Assembly: GCF_018977255.1 (NCBI RefSeq)
Contig: NW_024704743.1
Coordinates: forward strand, 62,932,001 to 62,996,000
DNA length: 64,000 nt
DNA from: Callorhinchus milii
Lineage: Eukaryota
Reading direction: 5' to 3'
Part shown: positions 1 to 11,045 of the stretch, piece after piece
Numbering within the stretch: the stretch's first letter is position 1
Layout: the number at the start of each line of letters is the position of its first letter
Program-made: the position numbers and the translations under genes
The notes under the pieces: model-generated
Seen by the model: only the letters and a program-made list of their open reading frames with translations
What the model was told of the DNA's origin: nothing
The model's database searches: none

Positions 1-261
1 ATGGGTATCCCGCTCGTCCAGTTATGTTTAGGGAATCTAGACTTTATTTTGCTGAGACCTTATTTCGATCAGTCCCATTCTCTTCAAAGATCACTTTGTT
101 GGCGAAGGAGGAATGATCGCGCGGCTGTGACTGAAGGACTTCCAAATCGTGTCATTGCTCATAAAACAAACAAGAAATAAATGATAGCACAGATCTAAAT
201 GTGTGACTGTTCCAGGACGCAGCAGGTGTAGTGCATTGTGAAAATAAAACATCCCACTTAC

Positions 262-311
262 CTCCCAACAGTTTCGACGGACAGAAATATGAAGATTACG
301 AGAAGGTACAT
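262..311 (-). CDS. Candidate leader (signal-peptide/TM) coding exon, MYLLVIFIFLSVETVG(R/S), of a gene continuing beyond the left edge
   Basis: Minus strand: acceptor ttttattag| (exon starts 314), ATG at 311-309, hydrophobic 16-codon run, donor GGGAG|gtaagt (phase 2, exon ends 262). No homology recognised. Confidence 0.45.
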
Positions 312-397
312 TATCTAATAAAACCATAGTTTCCATAAAATGTCCCATTGGTGAGAGAAACACAACTGCGTTGCTTAATTTCCAGTTATTCACTTAC

Positions 398-430
398 TTT
401 CTCAACACTTGGAAGGAAGGTAGGCTCGTG
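398..430 (-). other. Candidate 33-nt upstream exon (5'UTR, or in-frame HEPTFLPSVEK) of the same minus-strand gene
   Basis: Strong acceptor ctattttcttgaaaccttttccag| and donor GAAA|gtaagt; 83-nt intron (315-397) with a ctcac branch-like motif leads to the leader exon. Confidence 0.4.
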
Positions 431-1329
431 CTGGAAAAGGTTTCAAGAAAATAGATTTTTTATGTTTCCTAACACACAGAATATTGAATGCGTGGGAGTG
501 ATTGCGGGCAATAATCTAATTGAAGAATATGACAGCATGAACCGTGCGTGTGAAGCTCCACCAATATACACCCATACCTTAATCCACAGCACCTTTAATG
601 TTATTAATGCGGTTTAAGGTAACAGCAGCTGTGGATAACCTATAACCACGTGTTTCCTACTGGGTAGAATGGAGTACAATGCTCGACATTAACAATTTCA
701 GCACATCACTGTGTTTGAGAAATAGTTAGCAGGCGATTCCCTGGAAATTCCAGTGTAGATTGTAGAGACGAAACAGAAGACAGCAATCTGACGAAGGAAA
801 CTATAAGAGAGAATCTTCAATGGTTTATGTAGCATTATCTGCAACCCCAAATCAATATCCGATTTAATTCTAATAGAATCTGTATGAATTCCTGCTATTC
901 GCCCTCTGTGCTCGTCACATCAAAAGACTCATGTTTCAGAGTTAACAACCATTGTGGTGTACTTAGTCCCATTTTATAGGAAATACAATGACACTTTATT
1001 CTTGCAACATGCTATCCTACTTATCTGTTACATTATTTCAACACATTGTATTGAACCATCAATACAAACGTTTCTTTTGGGAGACTTTCACATGCTGCTT
1101 TCTTTGCTCGATTTGCTCAGATGTATGCAGCACAAAACATTCAGAATCGCACCTCAAAGCTGACCCCATCACCTTCATACAATCTATGAACCATATATAC
1201 TTAACACCATTTGAAACAGAAAATAATATATATATATCTATATATACATACATATGTTACACCTAGATATGAAAGAGTTAATACTATATCAACAATCTTC
1301 CAAATAAGGACAAGTTAATAGGGACGAGG

Positions 1330-1562
1330 AAGTATAGGAAGTGTAGAATTGCTCACAATTTAGGAGTCACAGGGGCAAGTGGAACAGACTCCCAGCTGTG
1401 TGATGGACAAGGAACTTTAAAAAGTCTCACAATGTACTGGATAGGTTCCTGAGAAATGAAAACCTTAACATACGATGAGATTAGGTGCGTGGAAGGAAAC
1501 TTTTGGAATCAGTGGACAAGGATGGGCCATTGGTCTATTCCTGCCTGAAACTCTTACTGTGT
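1330..1562 (+). mobile_element. Highly degraded CR1 LINE 3' end
   Basis: Remnants tggaacagactccca (WNRLP), ctggataggttcct (LDRFL) and gatgggcc...ttcctg resemble the better-preserved CR1 3' ends in the window. Confidence 0.5.
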
Positions 1563-1649
1563 TATCCCAAACTATCTCTCCAGTTCAATGGACTATCTCC
1601 CTTGGTCTTGGTCTTGGTCTGATCAATGATATCATTGTAGTTGATGCAG

Positions 1650-2030
1650 AATTACCAAGATGCCTGGGCGCAAACGACGCATTATACACCAACCCCCCCC
1701 ACACACACCCCCCGGACGATTCCTGATCGCCAGTGCCCTAGTTATCGTGTGTTTTTCTTCCCTCCGTTGAAATTTCGAGTCACCAGCGGTCTCTGATGGA
1801 TCGTATTTTAACGCAGACCATCACCAGCCGCAGCCTCCGTGACGCACGCGGCGGATCGAGGAGACAATGGCACTACAGTGCGAAGCGTCTTGAACTCCAG
1901 GGAGAGAGGGTGTGGGACAGTGCCGCGCTCTGTGCCGCACATCAAAGGGACACCACCGCCAGATTTGGACCTTGGGAGCTTCCACGAGCAAAAATGAACA
2001 AAGCTGCTTAATCTGCACCGCTCAATTGCT
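1650..2030. promoter_or_regulatory. CpG-rich patch (CpG-island-like)
   Basis: Dense CG dinucleotides (e.g. gacgcacgcggcggatcg, tgccgcgc) against a CpG-depleted background; no repeat signature. Confidence 0.35.
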
Positions 2031-2072
2031 CTGCTGTTATCATGCCTTAAAAACACTGAGCTGCATATATAT

Positions 2073-2417
2073 ACCCCCCCCCACCACCACCCCATCCACA
2101 CACACACCCCCACCCACACACACACCCCCCATCCACACACACACCCCCCACCACACCCCCCCCACCCACACCCCCCCCCACCCACACCCCCCCCCACCCA
2201 CACCCCCCCCCACCCACACACACCCCCCACCCACACACCCCACCCACCCACACACCCCCACCCAGACACCCCCCCACCACACACCCCCACCCACACACCC
2301 CCCCCCACCCACACACCCCCCCACCCACACACCCTCCCCACCCACACACCCCCCCACCCACACACCCCCCCACCCACACACCCCCCACCACCCCCCCCCC
2401 CCCCCCACCCACCGCCT
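2073..2417. repeat. Degenerate C/A-only low-complexity tract (CCCA/CACACCCC units)
   Basis: About 340 bp almost entirely C and A; accounts for the Pro/His/Thr and Gly/Val/Trp ORFs. Confidence 0.95.
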
Positions 2418-2945
2418 CCAAGTGCTTTAACTCAAAACATTTTAATGTCTCCCAAAGAGTGTGTGTCTGACTTACAGTGAGTGAGTAACAGTGGCTATAA
2501 ACCTTGGGAGCCAACAACCATTCTGCTGATGGACGTTTTCCCCGCTCTGTGGTGTTTGGTATTTTTTTTTAAAAAAAACATAACGATCGACCAGGAGACG
2601 TTTAAAATGTTTACAGACCGCCCCCTCCACCCCCTCCACCCAAAAGATGTCCCGAGTGCTCACAAGTGCACCATAAAACAGCCTCTTCACTCTGTAATTA
2701 AAAGTCATTTCTGGCCAGAAATGGTTGTTATGTGATGGTTACCAAACCCTAATGCCGGGCAGTGGGTGAGGGTCTCATGTCAGTTGTCCCACAGCGCAGT
2801 CAGACGATATGTTTCTGACATCAAGTCCCTGATCTGAGTCGTTTGGGTTCTCAGCCACACAGCAACCCGCCCAGTGTGAGAGTGACCTCCCCCTGGCACT
2901 GCCCTCCTGCTGCACAGCCACCTGAAGAAAACTACCGGTACTTAC

Positions 2946-3130
2946 TTAAAGTGCCACCGTGACACACATCTCCACGGACACCGCACACGTTAAACTAAAG
3001 CAACGCACGAGATCTTTCACTCCACATAATGTCGACAATAATTATTTCACGCTGCGGCGAATTGGTTGGTTTACGTGTTGCCGACTGCCAACCAAAGCCC
3101 TGCTCTAATCGTGGGCGTGAAATGCCCATT
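2946..3130 (-). promoter_or_regulatory. Possible promoter/first exon of the minus-strand gene
   Basis: Minus-strand donor TTAA|gtaagt at 2946/2945, CCAAT (attgg 3061-3065), tacgtg and gggcgtg motifs, local CpG enrichment. Confidence 0.3.
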
Positions 3131-3760
3131 GATTTCCTTATTATAAGAGTCTAGAGGAATGCACGAATTGTTTAAATCAGGAACCAATATGATTATTCAC
3201 TCTGCGCTTTGTGGATGATGCAGTGAAGTCTCTCCTGATTATTATTAATCAATACACCCGGTGGATGATTTGGGGGGTTCCCTGGTTGCTCGCCTTTCTA
3301 CCAGCACATTATCTATCCCACTAGAGGTTCCTGAATCTGGAGAAAATGAAGAATGGAAGAGGACACAGTGCTCATTCGATTCTGTCAGGAAGGTAAAATG
3401 AAGTTAAGAAAAGAACATAGAAAAGATTGTAGTGACCACAAGAGGGGTGAAATGTACTACAGTGTTCAGTGGAACAGAACAAGTAGTACAGTATCTTCTG
3501 ATGAGACAGTATGAGGTTCTGAATGGGAACTTGGGCAGGAATGGGGGTACAGAAACAAGGAATTTTGTGGTAAATGGGAAGGCAGTAGATTCAATTTTAT
3601 GAATTCGACCACATTCATCATACGATTGGAGCAAGTAGAATGATAATATATGCGACCGAATTGCTGGGAATTTTAGTTTTTTTGTTGATTTACAGTTCCC
3701 TTTAACTCGATACCAGAGAACCAAGACAAAAAGCAGTATCTCTGCGGAGAAATCACACCT

Positions 3761-4143
3761 TTAATAATAATAAAAATAATCTTTGCATTTGATGTAGTGC
3801 TTTATCATGTCTTCAAGATGTCTCAAAGCACTTCACAGAATATATTGTGAAGTGAATAAGTTGTATATTTTGTGGGTGAACTACAGCTGCCAAGTGCACA
3901 CAGCAGTGTCCCACAAACAGTTGTGGATTGAGTGACCAATTTCTTAATATTATTTGTTATATTTTTGAAGGAATTATTACCTCAGAAAAGTAATCCGCCA
4001 ATCGACTAACAACCTACTTACTGCTAGGTAATCAGAGGCATGGGGAGTAAAGAATCTTGCCCAACATTTCACCCTGCCAGGAATCAAACCCAAGTCTTCT
4101 CACTTGCGAGGTGAGTACTCTAACCACTAAGCTACAGGACTCC
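3761..4143 (-). mobile_element. tRNA-Ala-headed SINE, long subfamily
   Basis: Reverse complement of head ggagtcctgtagct..., body tgtttgtgggacactgctgtg, (TAT)n tail; retains the internal tacctagcagtaagtagg segment. Confidence 0.9.
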
Positions 4144-4613
4144 ACCTTAACAGGACCTTAACCTTATAATATCGACCATGTCGGCTTGTGACATATCATA
4201 GGATCCCCTTTGGCCTTTATCACATTTCATCTCCACTTCTAGGTGTTTCACCACTAATTATTACCTCAAGTTGTTTTCTTACTGACAAATCTAAGTGAAG
4301 TGCCCAAGGTCTATAATATAATGCAACAAAGCTCTCAACAAGTTTGAGAAGAGAAAACAGAACAAAAGAATTTCAGAAAAAATGATGTGGTGACACCAAT
4401 TTGGGTCCCAAAAACTATAGATTGTTATAAGAAGAAGGGAAGACTGAGGGAGTCAAGCAGTTCCTGCTGGGAAAAAATGAGTTAGAGCAGGAGACAGGAA
4501 TTTAGATTTTAGCAAGTGAAGATTTAGGGGAAAAAAGGAATGAGCAGCAGAATATTTGGAGCTTGGATGCATGAAGAGAGAAACGGTTAGAGGAGGGACA
4601 ATTTTAATGGTAC

Positions 4614-5038
4614 CAACAACAACTTGCATTTATATAGCGCCCTTCAGGCGGGTTAGCGTCCCGGAGCACTTGACAATAGCAGAGTCTGATACTGAGCCGG
4701 GGGAGAGAGAGGGGGTAGGTGACCGTAAGCACAATCAAAAAGCAAGATCTTTAGGTGGGATTTGAAAGTGGGAAGGGTTGGGGCAAGGTGAAGGGATTGA
4801 GGGAGAGCGTTCCAGAGTTTCGGGCGTAGTGGCTGAAGGCATGGCACTGATGGTGGAGTGGAGGGGATGAGAGACAACCAGGAGGCTGTAGTCAGCTGTG
4901 CGGAGGCAGCGGGTGGTGGACTGGGAGGGGGGGGGATAAGCAAATTGGATAGGTAGGGAGGTGCGAGGGCATGAAGGGATTTGAAAATAACTGAGAGGGT
5001 CTTAAAATTGATCTGTTCAGTAATTGGGACCCAATGGA
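4614..5038 (-). mobile_element. L2 LINE 3' fragment (older), interrupted by CR1
   Basis: (CAA)n tail, HWVPITEQINFK..LAPPYLSNLL and FKSHLKILLF L2 C-terminal motifs. Confidence 0.9.
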
Positions 5039-6127
5039 ACATAAGAACATGAGAATTAGGAGCAGGAGTAGGCCATTCGGCCCCTCGAGCCTGCCCGGCC
5101 ATTCGATAAGATCATGGCTGATCTTCTGACCTAACTCTAATTACCTGCCCTATCCCCATATCCCGTAATCCCTCTATTTTTAAAAAATCTATCAGTCTCA
5201 GCCTTGAAGATGTTCAAGGACTGAGCATCTACAGCCTTTTGGGGTAGTGAATTCCATAAATTCACTACCCTCTGAGTGAAGAAATGTTTCCTCAACTCTG
5301 TTCTAAAATGCTGACCCTGAATTTTAAGACTGTGACCCCTGGTTATAGATTCTCCTACCAGGGGAAACAGTCCCTTGGTGTCTACTTTATCCAGCCCTTT
5401 AAGAATATTATATGTTTCAATAAGATCTCCCCTAATTCTTCTGTACTATAGAGAATATAGCCCTAGTTTATTCAACCTATCCTCATAGGTCAGTCCCCTC
5501 ATCCCAGGAACTAACATAGTGAATCTACGCTGCACCCCCTCTAAGGCAAGTATGTCCTTTTTTAAATAAGGAGACCAAAACTGCACACAATACTCTAGGT
5601 GCGGTCTCACCAAGGCCCTATACAGTTGCAGCAAGACTTCCCTACTCTTGTACTCTAAACCTTTTGCAATGAACACTAACATGCCGTTCGCCTTCTTAGT
5701 TGCTTGCTGGCCTGCAAACTAACTTTTTGAGACTGGTGTACAAGGCACCCGAATCCCTCTTAACACTAACACTATCTAATCTCTCCCCCTCTAGAAAATA
5801 ATCTGTTTTTCTATTTTTGCTACCTAGGTGAATAACTTCACACTTCCCCACATTAAATTCCATCTGCCACCTACTCACCCACTCCCCAAGCCTATCTATA
5901 TCCCGTTGCATCATCCTCAGAGCTTACTCTCCCACCTAGTTTAGTGTCATCCGTGAATATAGATACGTTACATTCAATGTCCTTGTCTAGATCATTGATG
6001 TAAATTGTAAATAGCTGAGGCCCAAGCACTGATCCTTGTGGCACTCCACTAGTCACATCGTGCCAATTCGAGAATGACCCGTTTATCCCTACTCTCTCTT
6101 TCCTACCCGTTAGCCACTCTTCAATCC
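5039..6127 (-). mobile_element. 5'-truncated CR1 LINE inserted into L2
   Basis: [42 protein letters not shown] motifs; aacataagaacat tail; atgga duplicated at 5034-5038 and 6128-6132. Confidence 0.95.
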
Positions 6128-6180
6128 ATGGAGCCTGGCAAGGACTCGTGTAATGTATCCAGGAGTGATAGAACAGTGCT
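6128..6180 (-). mobile_element. Continuation of the L2 interrupted at 5038
   Basis: atggagcctggcaaggact continues gggacccaatgg, as in the uninterrupted L2 copies near 23960 and 47860. Confidence 0.6.
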
Positions 6181-6196
6181 TCAAGATCTTCCCCAC

Positions 6197-6547
6197 ATCA
6201 ACAACAACAACAAAATTACATTTATAGAGCGCCTTTCACGTTGGGAGGACGTCCCAAAGTGCTGAACAGTCAGATGTTGGGACCAGAGCATGGAGGAGGG
6301 GTGGTGTAGGGGTGGGGAAGGCAGTGAGGTGGGAGGGAAACCAAAGGCAAGGTTGAAGAGAAGGATCTTGAGATCGGCCTTGAAGGAGGCAAGGGAGGAA
6401 GCGAGGAGAAGGGACCGTGGGATGGAGTTCTAGAGCTTGGGGGCAGAGAGGCTGAAAGCCCGGCCACCAATGGTGGGGCGGGTCAGGCGGGAGACATAGA
6501 GCAGGCCAGAGCCTGATGAACGGAGGGAGCGGGAACGGAGCGGGAGC
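6197..6547 (-). mobile_element. Young L2 3' end
   Basis: (CAA)n caaaattacatttatagagcgcctttcacgttgggaggacgtccc tail; TIGGRAF region. Confidence 0.9.
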
Positions 6548-7312
6548 ATCCATATGAGGTGGACTTGGCTTTATAGAGAGTTTATGCTGTGTATTTTGTG
6601 ATCATGTGATTCACTGCAAAACCCCACATTAGAAAATGGGGTAGGCACAATTCAAAAGCAAATTTTGCTGGAGCTCAGCTGCTGAGATAACCTTGAGGAG
6701 GTGGTTTTGTAAAGGCATCAATTTATAGTATTGTGGTATAAATGCAGACAGCCTTATTTGTTTTGCTGTGAAATACAACTATCCCTTAAAGGTGTTGAAT
6801 GGTTCACTGAACTGCTCTTCAATAACATTAAGTAAATCACAACCAATATCAGAGTCCTGTGCAAGTGCCAAACTTCTCATTTTTATGGAGGCGATCATGT
6901 TGAAACATCTGAAAACACTTTACAGAAATTATTAAGTTGTTAAGTGTAGTGACTGTTTCTTCGGCAAAATCAGCAGCCAGCAAACAGCCATGAGGTGAAT
7001 GATTAATTCATCTGAAGGATGTGCAGAATTGGCCTCAGGCCTCAGTGCGAGTATTTGAGAAATATCAAAACTATAAATCAGGCTTCTTACACCAAAACAC
7101 CTGACCATTTGAAGCAATATCCCTTTGCAGCTGAGTATCAGAGGCAGCTTTCTCAATGGAAGAGATGTGTACATCTTATGGAGACACATGTTGAGGTAAT
7201 ACAATTTGTTTAGGGAAAAGTAATTTCCTCATGATCTCACGTAACAAATTCAATACAGATATTGCACTAAGCTTCTCATGTAAAACAGTTATTCTCTTTT
7301 GAAGTGGTTTGC

Positions 7313-7430
7313 AATAATAATAATCATAACTCTTGCATTTGATATATCGCCTTATCATGTCAAAATGCCTCAAAGTACTTCACTAAATTTACTGTAGAGT
7401 GTAGTGACTGTGTATTTTGTAGGCAAATAA
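7313..7430 (-). mobile_element. SINE 3' tail fragment
   Basis: aataataa...cttgcatttgatatatcgccttatcatgtc matches the SINE tail. Confidence 0.7.
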
Positions 7431-8754
7431 TACAACGTTTCATAATGACATCAATGCATGCTTATCAAACTAATCAGCTTTCTGAACTATCATAGTTTTA
7501 TTCAGTAAAAAATGTTCCTGAACGTGTCACAGCACAGACTTATAATGTAGGTTTAGACATTTCACTAGTTAGTGTTAGTAATGCTCAAGGCTATTTTTCA
7601 CAAATATTTCATTAAGTTAGACATTTAAATAACAATGTTGAAGTCTAGCCCCATCAATAAAGATTGCATCAACTGAAATTATTTAAAGCCTCTGGTGAGG
7701 TGACAAAATGAATATCACACTCAAATGTTCTTTTTAGTTTAAAACTGGGTCAAGGAGAAAAAGGGAGGAAATGCAACTGAGAGGAAGGGAGGGTAAAGTG
7801 CAGTAAAAGTAAAACAAAAAACATTTGTCATGATCCAAGGTTTGGTCATACTTTGTACAGTGCCAAAGAGTTTGGCCTTTTTCACTGGTCCTGACTGTGA
7901 TACAACACTCTTCCTTCAAACAATTTAACCAGGAATTTTGCAAATAAACAGCCCCAAATCCAATATGATCCTTAAGGTATCACCCACAAAATCCTCGTTT
8001 TACACCTCAACTCAAATTTGCCTGTCATCAAATTTATCTGACAAGAACTATTGAAGGTAATAAAGAACAGCAGTGTGGTAAGGCCTTGTGGCATATAAAA
8101 CAGCAACGAGGCTCTTTTGAAACTGGTTACCTTCATAGTTATAATCTTGCATTTGATATAGCACCTGATAATGATACCAAAGTGTCTCAAGTGCCTCTCA
8201 AGATTTACCATATCTGGTTAATTTGCAGGATCCTATTGCACAAGGGAGGTAATGTAACCAGGGAAGCATCCATTTGTTTTATCATTTCCCAGGTGCATAC
8301 TTTTAGAACAAAGTAAGGAGACAACACTGCCCACTCCACCCCCACCGGCTAATACAATAGTTGCCATGATCTTTGTTGTGTAGTTAATTTCCCAAGCAGA
8401 TTATTACCCAAGTTATTTGATCCACAGGATAATAACATTTTGTGACCTTGTTATTGTTGAATAATATTATCACATGATTGACAGAAGGGAATCATTAGAT
8501 TGTTTTTGGCAATATATTGCTCGGAAACGTACACAGCTCCAATTTCAATGGCCCTCTACAGTCATGCCTTATTTGAATAGTAAAAGCTAACTGACGAAGT
8601 GTATCTTACGTGAATAACAGAATTAGAGTTAGGTGTTCTTTCAACTCTATATTGAGGAGGGCTATATAAACAGCACAGTATTTCATTTAAAACGAGAAGT
8701 AGAAATCCCCTAAAAATATGGTCATAAAATATTAAAATCTCCATGGTGTCATTT

Positions 8755-9087
8755 GGAGTCCCTTACAGTAGTGGTTAGCACACTCGCCTTGCAAGCGAGA
8801 GGACCTGGGTTTGATTCCAGGGAGGGGTGAAACCTTAGGCAAGTTTCCTTACTCCACACGCCACTGTTTACCCAGCAGTAAGTAGGGACCCGGTTGTTAG
8901 TCAATTGATGTATTGCATTCCGGGGTTAATAATCCCCCACTCGAAAAAATGACTGTTTGTGGGACACTGCTGTGCGCAATGACTACCGCGTTTCACCCAC
9001 AAAATAATTAATCTATTTTACAATATATTCTGTGAAGTGCTTTGAGATATCTGTAAGACACCATATCAAGTGGAAAGATTATTATTG
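8755..9087 (+). mobile_element. tRNA-Ala-headed SINE, long subfamily
   Basis: ctcgccttgcaagcgag anticodon arm, ggcaagtttccttactcc, ctgtttacccagcagtaagtagg, Deu-like body, tail. Confidence 0.9.
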
Positions 9088-9339
9088 TATTCTACAGAGC
9101 TTCCTACAACTGCTAAACCGAGACTTAGTTGTACATTTTCCTTAACTTTAATTTTCCCATACATGGTTTGGATAAATAATAACAATAAAAATTATTTTTA
9201 AACAAAACCCCATATCTTCCTAGAAAGCTTCTAATAATATGTGAAACTGTTTTTTAAAATCAAAACTGCTCTCAGTTTTTAACATTTTTTCCCTCTTTTC
9301 CAAAGACTTATCTGGGTTACACTTAACAAACAACCTTGG

Positions 9340-9610
9340 GAGTATCTTGCCTAAGCGGCTGTGTTTCACAAGTGAACCTAGACAAGTATCAGTAGGCTGC
9401 GAGCCCATAGGTAATATTAGAGTTAATCCTGATCCTGTCCTTATCCAACCGCGACAGTCATTTTCCAGCAGCAATCACTTGACAATGATCCCTGACACAG
9501 ACACAGGATCTTGGGGCTAAATGTTGCAGATTATCACTACCTTAGCTGAGATCAGATAACAGCATAGACACTGGATCAAACCTAGGTCCTTACTGATCTT
9601 TATGAATCAT
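9340..9610 (-). mobile_element. Ancient SINE family B fragment
   Basis: gctgagatcagataacagcatagacactggatcaaacc is reverse-similar to the + copy at 31180-31480. Confidence 0.55.
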
Positions 9611-9779
9611 CTTCTCAAGCTCCCCACCTTATTTGGCTACCACGCCCCACTCCCCATCTGCCCCTTCCCCAGCTTGGGTGCCCAGCCAGCAGTCTGAAGG
9701 ACCTTGCGATGTCCTTCTAATATAAAATGCGCTATATCAATGTAAATTGTATTGCAAAATGGTTAGGCAGGTGCTGGGA

Positions 9780-9960
9780 GTCTTCTGCTACCAAACCCCA
9801 GAGGCCATTCAATCGATGAGATACAGAGAGTAATTGTCAGCAGGCGATTAAACCATGGAAGGCACCAGAGCAGAGCCCATACTGTTCTTATCTGATATCC
9901 ACACACATGCGCTTTCCAGCAGATTTCAATGGATACCAGCCTGAAGTCGGAAGCCGACTC
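9780..9960 (-). mobile_element. Ancient SINE family B fragment
   Basis: tccacacacatgcgctttccagcag...ggata similar to copies at 9340, 24240 and 35100. Confidence 0.55.
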
Positions 9961-10059
9961 CATGACCACAATGACTTTTCAGTCAATTCAGGAATTTTCA
10001 TAGGAATATTATTGTTGCCATTTATTGTTTTATTGTTTCACATGAGGAAGTCAAAGAAG

Positions 10060-10192
10060 TAAAGGAGTAAGTTACAGGGGTATGGGGAAAAAGGCAGGTA
10101 AATGGACCTGAAAGAATTGCTTTTTAAAAGCAGCGAAGCAGGCATGATAGGCTGAATGGCCTTCTTCTGTTCTGTATATTTCTAAGGTTCTC
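10060..10192 (+). mobile_element. Degraded CR1 3' end
   Basis: ggggtatggggaaaaaggcaggtaaatgga (GYGEKAGKW) and ggctgaatggccttcttctg. Confidence 0.6.
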
Positions 10193-10589
10193 TAAGAACG
10201 TTATCCAACAACATCAACAACAACTTGCTCTTATACAGCACCCTCCATGCAGGGTAGCGTCTCAGAGCGCTTGACTGAATTGGCAATGCAGCTATCCCTA
10301 GCTGCATTGGTTACTGATTCTCAGCTACTTTTCTTGTGTCTGAGTAGGTAGCACAAACTTGATGGTCTCTTTTAGGCCAGCAGCATTTTTTTTGTTGAAA
10401 CCAGTGAATGTAACTGTTGAACTTTCCAAGAATCTGCCCAAAGAACAGCCGACTGAGTACCTGAGTATATCCAGTTCAACCTGAGTCAGAGGCACTAGAC
10501 ATAAAATGAACAGCTCTGAATTTACTTGCAGACATTATTTTCTCATCAAATCTCTTGTGATCAATTGAGTTGATCAATTGAGGGTCACG

Positions 10590-10818
10590 ATTCCTCTTCT
10601 TTCCCATCTTCAGGTCGCCTGAAGATGTTCCTCTTCGACTGTGCTTAACAGTCACCTCCCTCTGATTCAGCATCATGCTCCACCACTGTCAAGCTATCTG
10701 GGACACTACCCTACGTGAGGGACGTTATATATACACTGTCCAGCGCCTTGGGACGTCCTCCCGATGTGAAAGGCGCTATACAAATGTAATCTTGTTGTTG
10801 TTGTAAATGCAAGTTGTT
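10590..10818 (+). mobile_element. Old L2 tail containing a ~70-bp young L2 tail (about 10735-10803)
   Basis: gtgagggacgttatata|...ttgggacgtcctcccgatgtgaaaggcgctatacaaatgtaatc(ttg)n|taaatgcaagttgtt. Confidence 0.75.
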
Positions 10819-10851
10819 AGCTCTCATCCAGGACAGAATGTCTGTCAGACA

Positions 10852-11037
10852 TTTATTTATTTCCTTGCATTTGATATAGCACTTTTCATATCTTCTAGAC
10901 ATCTCTAAGCGCTTCACAGAATATACTATAAAGTGAATTGACTGTATATTTGTGGGCGAAACGCAGCAGCCAATTGCGCACAACAGTGTCCCACAAACAG
11001 TAGTGGATTGAGTGACCAAATTATTATTTTATTTATT
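10852..11037 (-). mobile_element. SINE 3' half
   Basis: ccttgcatttgatatagcac...gccaattgcgcacaacagtgtcccacaaacag. Confidence 0.9.
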
Positions 11038-11045
11038 TCATCCAG

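Noticed and set aside
1808..2517. Long Gly/Val/Trp/Cys and Pro/His/Thr ORFs on both strands
   Set aside because: Artefacts of the stop-free C/A low-complexity tract
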